64,000 nt of DNA from contig CBDAOB010000005.1 in assembly GCA_965197905.1 (NCBI GenBank), positions 2,560,001-2,624,000 on the forward strand. Reading direction: 5' to 3'. Shown in pieces: positions 37,912 to 47,679 of the stretch (within the stretch, counting starts at the first letter, position 1; each line of letters opens with the position of its first letter). This DNA is from Candidatus Latescibacterota bacterium (GTDB lineage: Bacteria; Latescibacterota; UBA2968; UBA8231). The notes beneath the pieces were generated by a model that was given only the letters and a program-made list of their open reading frames with translations, searched no databases and was not told the origin of the DNA. The position numbers and the translations under genes were made by a program.

Positions 37912-40900
37912 ATGGCACGACGCTTACTGGTACTGCTGATCCTCTCTCTCCCCGCTCAGGTCCTGGCGATCAATCTTGAATTGCGTCAGGTAGGGACCTC
38001 GTCATCCGAAATTTCCGCCGTCGTCGGTGAAGAGATCGACGTGGAGGTGTGGCTCGATTCCGGAGGCCGCCGCGTCTCCGGCGCCGCCATATTTCTCAGT
38101 TTCGACGAATCGGTTTTCGAGCTAGTGGAGTTAGACCGAGATCCCTCGCCCGGTTTTCAGCCATTCGAGCAGGGTGGCTTTCTCGGCAACGGCGAAGTAT
38201 TTCGCAACGACCTTCTCGATCCGGATGATCCCGCCGCCAGCTTTGCGGGGGAGCAGATGGATTACAGCGTTGTGCGCGCTGTCGACAACGGATCCGGGGC
38301 GGTAGCAAGATTTCGGCTGCGAGCCCTGGTGCCCGTACACAGCAGCGCAGTTCGCATCGACGAGAGCGGCATCCGCGAAACCCGCGTCTTTCTGCCAGAC
38401 GGCAGCCATCAATCCTTTCGATTCATAAAACCTTTGACTGTGCGAGTGCAGGGGATAAGCCTTGTCGGCTTGCCCGATCGTCTGGTTCTCGCGCGCGGAC
38501 AGGTAGACAGCACTTCATTCAAGCTTGACGAGCTGATCTTCGATCCGCTGTACGGAATCGAAGAGATTCAGTGGACCATTTCTCCGCTAGGTTCCATCGA
38601 TATGCGTCGAGTTACCCAGCCCAACAGCCTGGTGCTCTCGGCGCCCTCCGAAACCTCGACCTGGGAACGACTGATCATCGTTGCAGAGAATCCTGACGGA
38701 CAGACGGCTACGGACACCGTTGACATCTACGTGAACGCCGGTCCTGAGCTGAGACCCCCCGAAGGTCCCCTGACCTTGACCGAAGATGGTTTTTCGAGCT
38801 GGAATTGGATCCTCTGGTAAACGATCCGGACAGCGCCACTGACAAGCTGTCGTGGCACAGCAGCGGAGCCAGCCACATCCTGGCGACGGTTTTGAACACT
38901 CCCGCTCGAATCCGCTTCGAACCGGCTGAACACTGGTCCGGTTCGGAACGGTTTGTCGTGACGGTTTCGGACGAGTACGGCTTCTCTGATTCGATGCAGG
39001 TACAGGTGGTTGTCAATGAGGTAAATGATCCGCCAACGTTTCTAATGGCGCCCAATCTCCTGGTTACGGTGGGGAGGCAGGACAATAGTCTCCTGATATC
39101 CGATCTCATCGCAGATCTGGAGGATCCGCTGGAGATTCTGCAGCTCGAGTGGTCCCCAGCCACCAATTTCGAGGTTGCACTCGTCGATGGCCGCCTCGTC
39201 GTCGTGGCTGGACTCGAGTGGGTGGGGACCGAAGAGATTCAACTCTTGGTCGAGGACTCGGGCGGATTGACCAGCTCCATCCCACTTACGGTTACAGTAG
39301 TGCGTTCCATTGCGCCTGCGCTCATCAATCCGCCGCAGCGCCTGGGCATGGCAGCAGGCGGTCAGTCCATACTAAGCCTGGACGAGCTGGTTACAGACCC
39401 CGACGACGACGATAGCGACCTTCTCTGGCAGGTTGCTGGACAAATCGAGTTGCAGGTGCAACTCAGCAACAGCCGCGCGGTCCGCATTGAAGCACCCGGG
39501 GCATTTAACGGCATCGAAGTCCTGACCTTTACGGTTGCCGATCCCAGTGGTGAAACTGCTTCGTTCGTGCTACTCGTGTTTTCGGCGCCCGCCAACGGGG
39601 AGCCGATCCTGGCGCCGATTCCGGATGTCAGCGTCCCTCTGGACGGAGTGGATACCTCTCTCGATCTGGACGACTACGTGTACGACTTGGACCACGAGCC
39701 GGGGCAGATCGATTGGTTCCTACCTACCCGGGCCGATTTGACCCTGAGGGTCGACCCGGAGTCGCATGTCCTAACCGTCGCGCCGACCTCCGATGCCACG
39801 GCGGGAATCGTTGACCTGAGCCTGACGGCAATCGATCCCGATGGACATGAAGCGAGCCAGACGGTGCGGATCCACATCGTCGGAACCGGGCCCATCGCCA
39901 ACTTCACTGTTGGACCGATTCCGGATGTCGCCTTCGCCGTTGGTGAAGGGTACGATTTGGAGTTGGACAGCTTTGTAGGCGGAGATGTGGACGCGAGCCA
40001 GATTCAGTGGAGCGTGGAAGGCGCTCAGCATCTTCAGGTTGAGCTGGACCCAGAGTCCCATACGGCGCGGATTCAAGCAACACCCGATTGGACCGGCACC
40101 GAGGAGCTGGTGTTCGTGGCTGCCGGAGCGGCCACTGTGAAACGCCGGACGGTACGAATAACGGTGCGTCCGGCGGGAGAGATCGGAACAGGGCCGAGCC
40201 TGGCCCAGTTGCCTCGCCTGACCTTGCGTGCTGGCACCTTCGACCAGAGTCTGGACCTGGACGACTTTGTCACCGGCATCGATCCAACAGGTTTGATCTG
40301 GGCAATGACCACGCAAACCGAGAATCTTCAGGTCCTCATCGATCCCCAATCCCACACCGTGGTCGTTTTGCCGCGCGCGGACTGGAGCGGGGAGGAGCAA
40401 CTGACATTTGAAGCCAGGGACGCGCTGGGAACCGTGTTGACCACGGTGTTGGTGGTGGAGGTGCTGCAGCACCTGGGTCTGGAGCTCCAGGAGATTCGGG
40501 CTCCCCTGTTCGCGGGGGAAAGCGAGATTCGGTTGAACGCCAGCGAGGTTCTCGCTGGGGATACCGACCCCGGACAGCTCACCTGGGCAGCGACCGGCTC
40601 ACAACCGATCAACGTCGTTTACGATGCCCGGACCGGCCACCTCTTGCTGACGGGAAGCGAACCCTGGCATGCCAGCGATATAATCACCCTGATGGCTCGC
40701 GACCAGAACCAGGTTGAATCGAGTAGCCACGTCTTACTGCAGGTGTATCCCGCCGATGGAAGCATCGGCACTACCTCTCCCGATTTTCAGCTGATGATCG
40801 TTCCAAACGTACTGCAACCGGATTACCTCAATCTCTTTGTCGTGAGTCAGATCGCGCTTGAGCGCGCCCCGCTGTTGCGTCTGCAAGCAGGAAGCTCTGA

Positions 40901-41948
40901 AGGAGTGGACCTGCGGGACCGCGACGACGGAATGTGGCACGGTACCCACGTACTTCAACCCGGCCAGGAGGGCAACGTGTCTTTTGTCGCCCTCGGCCTG
41001 GACGACAGCTTGAGCCTGCTGAAGGCTGACTTGACCATGACGGTGGGCACGGTGCGCGCGAAAAGCGCGAAAATCGTGGCGCGCCCCGACGTCTCCTTGG
41101 AATTCAGCGCCAGGTCGTTCGCTGAAGATGCCGTGGTGGCGATCCTACCGGGACCCAAGGAGGCAGCCGGCGACGAGCTCGTTGCGCTGGCGGAGCCGGT
41201 ACTGATCCATGCGTCTACTCCCTATCGCAGCGAGAGCGGACTAATCCATATGCAGAGCGTGGCGGGATCACAGCATCCTGCCGTCTATCGTTGGGATGGG
41301 ATTCGCTGGCTCTTTGTCGGCGCGACCCCAACGGATTCAGGCATTGGGGCGCCGCTGTCGAGCGTCGGACTATTCGCCTTGATGGATGACCTCACCCCAC
41401 CCGTCCTTCGGGAGGAGCAGATCGATCGGCGAGAACTACGATTCCGCATTACCGACGATGGGAGCGGCGTAGCCCGCCCGGTGGTGTCCGTGAACGGAGA
41501 ACCTGTTCCCGAACATCGGTACCGTTGGGATGGGCAGTGGCTCGTCCTGGACGACAAGACGGCGGGCGCTAACGCCGGTCTGCTTCACATCAGCCTCGAG
41601 GACCGCGTCGGCAATCGAGCCGCTCCGATCGAGCGGAGCCTGGGCGAACTCACCGGGACCCTGCCGTTGAGATTCTCACTGGGTCAGAACTACCCCAACC
41701 CGTTCAATCCCTCGACGGTGATCCCTCTCGAGGTGACTGGCTTCTCGGCGAACGTGCAACTTCAGGTGTTCAACGCTGGGGGACAACTGGTGCGCCGGCT
41801 GTTGAACGAACAACTCGCTCCAGGTATCTATGAGATCACTTGGGATGCCCGAGATCGAAACGGTTGGAATGTGGCAGCGGGGGTCTATTTCTACCGCCTG
41901 CAGGTAGATGAGCGGTTCGAAACCCGCAAGATGAGCCTCGTGCGTTAG
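37912..41948 (+). CDS. Secreted protein: N-terminal cohesin, ~8 cadherin-like/Ig repeats, FlgD-Ig/T9SS CTD (frameshift at T-run 38790-38794)
   Basis: ORF 37912..38820 (VGEEIDVEV...SGAAIFLSFD...VARFRLRA cohesin) joins ORF 38805..41948 if one T is added (EDGFFELELDPLVNDPD). Repeats L.LD..V.D.D...L.W about every 95 aa. LGQNYPNPFNPST CTD. About 1345 aa restored. Confidence 0.8.
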
Positions 41949-41982
41949 GCACCAAATTCGGCGACCCTCCTGCCCGGCGCAA

Positions 41983-42930
41983 CTAGGGACCCATCGGGTC
42001 CACCACCGCCCCGAACAACTGCAACAGACGCTTCCGGTGCTCGTCCGGCAAAGGCGGCCCAAGGACAGCACGGACGTTCGCTTCCAGGTGGGAGATATTC
42101 CCGGTGCCCGTCAGCACCGATGAGATATCCGGTTGGCCCGCAACGAACTTGTAGGCGGCGCTGGAGACCGAATCCGCCTCCCCCTGCAACAGCCAGTCCA
42201 GTGGACCGTCTTCAGAGAGGGCGTCCGCCGCTATGACTCCCCGCTCTTTCAGATCATCGATGTTTTCCTTCAGTCGAACCAAATTCGAGAGTGCACGGCG
42301 CACGGCGAACATCCCCATAACAGCCACATCCCGCTTTCTCGCTTCCGGCAGAATCCAATGTTCCGCTCCCGGCGCCAGCAGGTTGTAGCCGACCATGATC
42401 GAATCGAAATGATCGTCGGCGAGAGCGCGGCGCAACATCGAGTGACCGCCATCTAGGTGAAACCGTTCCGTGATCCCCAGGAAGCGGAACTTCCCCTGCT
42501 CCTGCAAACTCCTTGCAACGGGCAGGAAGCGATCCACGACTTCGTCGTAATACTCCGGTGGGACTCCATGGAACTGGAAAAGATCGAGATGATCCACGCC
42601 CAGGCGCTGCAGCGAACGTTCGAGAGAAACCTGCAGGGCAGCTTGATCGATCACCGAGCCGCTGCCGAGGTCGACCGGATGGAACTTGCTCGCCAGGACT
42701 ACACTGTCTCGAGGCACTCTTTCGATCGCCCGGCCGATAAGGACCTCGCTCTCGCGGTAACCGGCTGACGTGTCTATCAGGTTTATCCCCAGATCGAGCG
42801 CGCGAGACACAACCGCCACCGATTGCTGTTCCGACACCCCGGAGGACTGACCCAGTTGGCTCAGTCCCCCCGAACCCAGACCAACAAGGGAAACCTGTAG
42901 GTCGGTGCGCCCGAAACGACGAAACTGCAT
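41983..42930 (-). CDS. Aldo/keto reductase
   Basis: RRFGRTDLQVSLVGLG, IDTSAGY, LASK, SLQRLGVDHLDLFQFH. Confidence 0.9.
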   Translation of the reverse strand: MQFRRFGRTDLQVSLVGLGSGGLSQLGQSSGVSEQQSVAVVSRALDLGINLIDTSAGYRESEVLIGRAIERVPRDSVVLASKFHPVDLGSGSVIDQAALQVSLERSLQRLGVDHLDLFQFHGVPPEYYDEVVDRFLPVARSLQEQGKFRFLGITERFHLDGGHSMLRRALADDHFDSIMVGYNLLAPGAEHWILPEARKRDVAVMGMFAVRRALSNLVRLKENIDDLKERGVIAADALSEDGPLDWLLQGEADSVSSAAYKFVAGQPDISSVLTGTGNISHLEANVRAVLGPPLPDEHRKRLLQLFGAVVDPMGP

Positions 42931-42946
42931 CTTATCCCGAGGCATA

Positions 42947-44053
42947 TTATTCGCGTAACTCGAGGCGGACGAAACCGATGCCACGAACCTCCGGCTGCAG
43001 ACACCAGAACACCACGACCAGGGTGCCGTCCTCGGCTTGAATAACGCAGGGCTCTCCGAAGGCGAAGTCTTGCCAGTCGACGTGATCACCGGAGGTTTTG
43101 GTCTGGGTTCTCAGCTGGGCGGCCCAAACCAGCTGTTCATGTTCGACACCGAAACCAGATTCGGTGGGATTGCATACCGCCAGACGCACCCCTGGTTACC
43201 CGTGTTTGCGCTGATTGTAAACGAACAATGCGCGGTCGTCTGGCAGAGCTGCCAGACCCGTGGACTGACCGCGTATTCCGGTCGACAAGGTTGGCGACCA
43301 ACTAGCTCCCCCATCCGAGGACAACGCATAGGTGTTTTCGTACTCCGCCTCATCGTTCAGGTCGAGGTGCCAGCAGGTCCCCAGCAATCGACCGTCGGCC
43401 AGCTCGACCACCCAAGCTTCGGCGCCCCCCGATTCGACTTCGGCAAACCGCATCATCGAGTTGGATGACCAGCTCTTGCCGCGGTCGTCGCTCCGCATGA
43501 ACACGATCTGATTGCGATCCACTACGACCTTCGAGTCGAAGGTGTTGTACGGGGCGTAACAACAGATCCAACCTCCGTCACTGGTCGCGCACATAGCCCC
43601 CGGTGATTCGGCGGCACCTGGAATCGGCATGGGAAGCGGTTCGGGTTCGGTCCAAATACGACCGTCATCTGCGGAAACAGACCAAACAAGCTCGTTCTGT
43701 TTTATCCCGTGTGTAGCATCTGACCAAAACGACTCACCCGGCTCGTCGATTGGCGTGCGATTCCCGAAGAAGAGCAGCTCCCCATCAAGCCCTCGGCTTA
43801 CGGAACCGAAGATGCTGTACTTCATGGCGAGGTGGGGCCACATCAGACCTTGATACCTCCAGGTTTTTCCGTCGTCGAGGGAGCGCGAAACGGTCGGTTT
43901 GAAATCGTTCAAGCCGAGTGCTGTCTGGGTTTGGTAGTTGCAGACGATGGAGCCGTTTCGGGCCAGCGCGGTGCGCGGACCGCAGACCGCTGCCGTCGAT
44001 CCGCTTGAGGGCTGCGTGGTGACAAAACCCTCGTCCAGTGTTTCGAATTGCAT
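42947..44053 (-). pseudogene. Sialidase/BNR-repeat beta-propeller interrupted by an in-frame TAA at 43196-43198
   Basis: Asp-boxes SLDDGKTW, SADDGRIW, SDDRGKSW, SSDGGASW. The frame continues after the stop (NQRKHG*PGVRLAV...FGEP...LVVVFW) to 42947, 368 codons in total. Confidence 0.75.
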
Positions 44054-44124
44054 GCTCAGTCCTTTCGACTTTGCTCAGCGCCTGGACGTTAGGCGGGGCT
44101 AAGCAGCCAAAAGCGCCACCGTGA

Positions 44125-45024
44125 TCAGGTGGCGTGAAATCCGTGGATCAACTCTTCGATCTGCGCGTTTCCATCGATGCCTCGGCCCGGATGAATGATC
44201 AGCCGGTAGCGGAAAACCTCCGCCCGGCCTGAGTCGATCGTGAGACTGGCATCGACGTTGTCATCGCCGGTGAAATCATGCAGACCGAAAGGATTGGCTG
44301 TGAAGAGGCCGTAGCCGCGCACGTGCCAGTGGCTCGGGTGACGCGGATTGGAACGATGGTCGACCACCGTCATCCCCCACTGGTCGCCGTTGGCGACAGG
44401 TCCGGAGTAATCGACCCACTGGGCTGCTTTTCCCCAGGTCTCCTCTTCCCCTTCCCCCTCGTACACCAGACCTTCCGAATTGGCGATGCGGCCGGCTTGT
44501 GCCGCATCCATGCTGCTGGCTACACGTATCGCCAGCAGTCCCCCCTCCTTCGTGTCGCCGAACACCACGTCCCCAAAACGGGCGCGAAACTCGCTGCGGT
44601 GATCGAGAATGCGGACTGGACCGTCCGCCCTGATCGCAATAGTGCGCCGTTCCTCCAGCAGGCGCTGTCCCTCGGGCCCAAACCAATCGACGATACCGTC
44701 GATCTCTGCACGGTCGTCGACGATGCCGACCACAGGCTGTCCGCGCTGCAGCATGGTTCCGTGGTCGAGGTGTTCGTCCCAGAGGTTATAACCATTTACC
44801 AAACCGTGGCAGACGTAAATACTCCTGTGCCAGTAGTGGTCGTCCGTCTCCCCTTCGAACTTCTCGGTCGGATAACCGCGCGTCAGCCGTTGCCCATCGG
44901 GCGTCAGCACTGGGTAGAGGTACGGCTTGCAGACGAAATGACCGTAGCGATACTCGGTGAACAGGCTTCCTTCTACCGTAACTACCGCTTTGAATTCATC
45001 GGGGTGTAGCCGTATACCGATCAT
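44125..45024 (-). CDS. DUF6807 / 'PmoA-family' beta-sandwich protein (not a true methane monooxygenase subunit)
   Basis: KPYLYPVLTPDG..LTR.YP...DH.WHRS, FGDTKEG, WHVRGYGLF.ANPFG. Confidence 0.75.
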   Translation of the reverse strand: MIGIRLHPDEFKAVVTVEGSLFTEYRYGHFVCKPYLYPVLTPDGQRLTRGYPTEKFEGETDDHYWHRSIYVCHGLVNGYNLWDEHLDHGTMLQRGQPVVGIVDDRAEIDGIVDWFGPEGQRLLEERRTIAIRADGPVRILDHRSEFRARFGDVVFGDTKEGGLLAIRVASSMDAAQAGRIANSEGLVYEGEGEEETWGKAAQWVDYSGPVANGDQWGMTVVDHRSNPRHPSHWHVRGYGLFTANPFGLHDFTGDDNVDASLTIDSGRAEVFRYRLIIHPGRGIDGNAQIEELIHGFHAT

Positions 45025-45042
45025 CCTCTCGTTTTCTTTTGA

Positions 45043-46380
45043 TCACGTCACCGCACAACACTTCTTGAATTTCTTTCCGCTGCCGCAGGGACATGGATCG
45101 TTTCGTCCGGGCACCCTTGTTCGGTTCGAGTCGTTCAATTCGTCTTTCGCCTTAACCCAGTTCATCACATTGGCCGCCGCCCGTCGCTGCCGCAGCTCGT
45201 TCGCCATGAACCTCATATACGGATCGACGTGGGAAAAGTAGAGCTTGTACCCTTTGCAAAGGTAGTTCAGTCCATCCTCACCCGACGGGGTTCTTATGAA
45301 ACGATGCTTGGGGCAGCCTCCGTTGCAGGCGAATTTGTACTCGCATTGCCGGCAGTATTGCGGAAGACGGTCCCGCTTGTCGGTGCCGAACTTCCGCTGT
45401 GGAGCGCTCGCCACCATCTCTTTGATCGTTTCGTCCCGAACATTGCCAAGGCGATAGTCTGGATAGACGAAATGGTCGCAGCTGTAGAGATCGCCGTTGT
45501 GCTCGATGATCAGGGCGTTGCCGCACGTTTCAGCGAATATGCATAGACTCGCGTCCTCACCAAGAAAGGAACCGAGGGTGACATCGAATATCTGCACGAA
45601 ACGCTCGCCCACATCACGTCGCACCCAAGTATCGAAAATCGAACACAAGAATCGGCCGTACTGCAGCGCTCCGACCGACCAGTTCGAAACCTTCGCTGCA
45701 CCGTCGAACTCTGGATTCACGAGCTCGAGGCCGGCGTCATCCGCTTCCCGAGCGATGCGCTCCACAATCGGAATGAACTGCATGTAATAGCTGCCGATTT
45801 CCGTGAGAAAGTCGTACACCTCGCCGGGATGATCGGCGTTGTGCCGTTGCAGGACAGTCAAGGTATTGAATTCCACCTCGTGTTTCTTCAGCACATCGAG
45901 ACCAGCCATTACGCGATCAAAGGTCGGGTTCTGCCCCTTGTCGACCCGATAACGATCGTGCATTTCCCGTGGGCCATCGATCGAGATCCCGATTAGGAAC
46001 CGGTTTTCGGCCAAGAACTCGCCCCACTCGTCGTCGATCAATATTCCGTTGGTCTGGAACGCGTTCGTTATCCGCTTGCCGTCGGCGTACTTCTCCTGAA
46101 GGAGGAGCGCACGGCGGTAGAAGTCGACGCCCATCAAGGTTGGCTCGCCGCCCTGCCAGGCGAAGTCCACCGCGGGAACGTCCTGAGCGGCTATATACTG
46201 GGATACATACTGTTCCAGCACCTCGTCATCCATGCGCCAGGATTTGTTGAGGTCGGGATAAAGCTTCTCCTTTTCAAGATAGAAGCAGTAATGACAGTCG
46301 ATATTGCAGACAGACCCCGACGGTTTGGCCATTACGTGGCTGGCGACGGGACGCTCGGATTGTTGGAGGAGGTCTGTCAT
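45043..46380 (-). CDS. Anaerobic sulfatase maturase (radical SAM-SPASM, AslB/ChuR family) with C-terminal SEC-C motif
   Basis: CNIDCHYC, WQGGEP, QTNG, YSCDHFV, CRQC..KFACNGGCPK, LC.GYK, GRNDPCPCGSGKKFKKCC. Confidence 0.93.
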   Translation of the reverse strand: MTDLLQQSERPVASHVMAKPSGSVCNIDCHYCFYLEKEKLYPDLNKSWRMDDEVLEQYVSQYIAAQDVPAVDFAWQGGEPTLMGVDFYRRALLLQEKYADGKRITNAFQTNGILIDDEWGEFLAENRFLIGISIDGPREMHDRYRVDKGQNPTFDRVMAGLDVLKKHEVEFNTLTVLQRHNADHPGEVYDFLTEIGSYYMQFIPIVERIAREADDAGLELVNPEFDGAAKVSNWSVGALQYGRFLCSIFDTWVRRDVGERFVQIFDVTLGSFLGEDASLCIFAETCGNALIIEHNGDLYSCDHFVYPDYRLGNVRDETIKEMVASAPQRKFGTDKRDRLPQYCRQCEYKFACNGGCPKHRFIRTPSGEDGLNYLCKGYKLYFSHVDPYMRFMANELRQRRAAANVMNWVKAKDELNDSNRTRVPGRNDPCPCGSGKKFKKCCAVT

Positions 46381-46465
46381 GTCGGGAATTTCACTGTTTG
46401 TGGACCCATTTTTTGAACGTGGTTATGATAGAGCTTTTGAATTGTGGGGGCAATTGACCGATACC

Positions 46466-47146
46466 ATGCGAACGATCTTCGTGGGTGACGTTCACGGCTG
46501 TGTGGCCGAGCTTCGCGAATTGCTGGCCAAGCTTGCGTTTAATGCCTCGGTTGATCGCTTGCTGTTGACTGGGGACGCTTTCACGAGGGGACCCGGACCG
46601 CTGGCCGTGTGGCAGCTGATCGAAGATCTCCAACCGGAGATGGTCTTGGGCAATCACGACAATCGGTTGATGGGCCAGTTGCGCGACTACAGCGACGGTC
46701 AGACACCCAAGTTTCGCAACGCAGATCAGGAATCGGTTTTTTCGGCGTTGCTCCCCGTATCCGGCAAGCTGCTTGCCTGGCTGGAATCTGTCCCACTCTA
46801 CATTCTCGAAGAGCAGTTTCTGCTCGTGCACGCCGGAATCAACCCCGAGCTCGGGCTCGACGGAACCTCCCGCGAAGAATTCCTGGCCATCCGCACCTGG
46901 CCCCCAAGAAAGGGGATCGAGGGACCCCGGTGGCACGATCATTACAACGGCGACACCGAAGGCCGAATACTGATTTTTGGCCATGATGCCCCGGGAGGTC
47001 TGGTGGTGCGATCTGATTCCGCAGGCTCACTGTACATGGTCGGCCTGGATTCTGGCTGTGTATACGGCGGAGAGTTGAGCGCGTTCGTTCTTGAAGAAGA
47101 GCGTTTCGTGCAGGTCGAGAGCCGCCAACACAGCAGACCGTCCTAG
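46466..47146 (+). CDS. Metallophosphoesterase (ApaH/PrpE-like)
   Basis: GDVHG, GDAFTRG, GNHD, VHAG, FGH, LDSGC. Confidence 0.88.
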   Translation: MRTIFVGDVHGCVAELRELLAKLAFNASVDRLLLTGDAFTRGPGPLAVWQLIEDLQPEMVLGNHDNRLMGQLRDYSDGQTPKFRNADQESVFSALLPVSGKLLAWLESVPLYILEEQFLLVHAGINPELGLDGTSREEFLAIRTWPPRKGIEGPRWHDHYNGDTEGRILIFGHDAPGGLVVRSDSAGSLYMVGLDSGCVYGGELSAFVLEEERFVQVESRQHSRPS

Positions 47147-47294
47147 TCCCGTTTGCAGGACGCCGTACCGCGGGTCAATTGCGTGGGGTCGCTTGACTCC
47201 ACTGTTTTTGTTGCGCACATGACGGCGATTGGGTAACCTTGGATAGTGTGTCGCGGATCGAATCGCGGCGCGTATCAACGGATATACAGAGTAC

Positions 47295-47509
47295 CGGTTC
47301 AGGTGCTGGACACCGATCGCCTACAGTTTCCCGGTCGGTGTCTGGAGAATAGGGCAGGCAGTGAAAATCTGCCGCGGTCCCGCCACTGTGACCGGCCGTC
47401 TCGTTTGTTGGGACGCTCCATCTGTATCGACGGCAACGTCGAACCCACTGGTGCAAACCGGGAAGGGGCAGTTGGAGGACGCCGGAAGCCAGGAGACCTG
47501 CCAGAACCG
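47295..47509 (+). ncRNA. Cobalamin (B12) riboswitch
   Basis: P1 CGGTTC/AGGTG pairs with ACCTGCC/GAACCG. Hairpin ACACCGATCG/CGGTCGGTGT. GGCAG-TGAAAAT-CTGCC, CCCGCCACTGTGA, CCACTG...GGGAAGG and B12 box AAGCCAGGAGACCTGCC. Confidence 0.92.
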
Positions 47510-47542
47510 CTGGTGTCAAGCGAGCCTTCGGAAGAAAGGCGA

Positions 47543-47593
47543 ACCACCGCATTCGGGACTTACCCGGCCGCGCTAGTGGTCGGGTTTTTGTTT
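47543..47593 (+). terminator. Candidate expression-platform terminator of the riboswitch
   Basis: Imperfect stem ACCAC..CGGG-ACTTA-CCCG..GTGGT followed by TTTTTGTTT. Confidence 0.4.
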
Positions 47594-47679
47594 GCTCCCA
47601 CCGTTCAGCGGTTTTCTGCCGATCCTTCAATCCGCCGCACCGTATTCTGCCCATCGTCACTCTTCAAAGGAGGAACACA

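Noticed and set aside
44125..45024. Methane monooxygenase interpretation of the 'PmoA-family' protein
   Set aside because: Soluble beta-rich sequence with no TM helices and no pmoB/pmoC. The family label is not evidence of methanotrophy.
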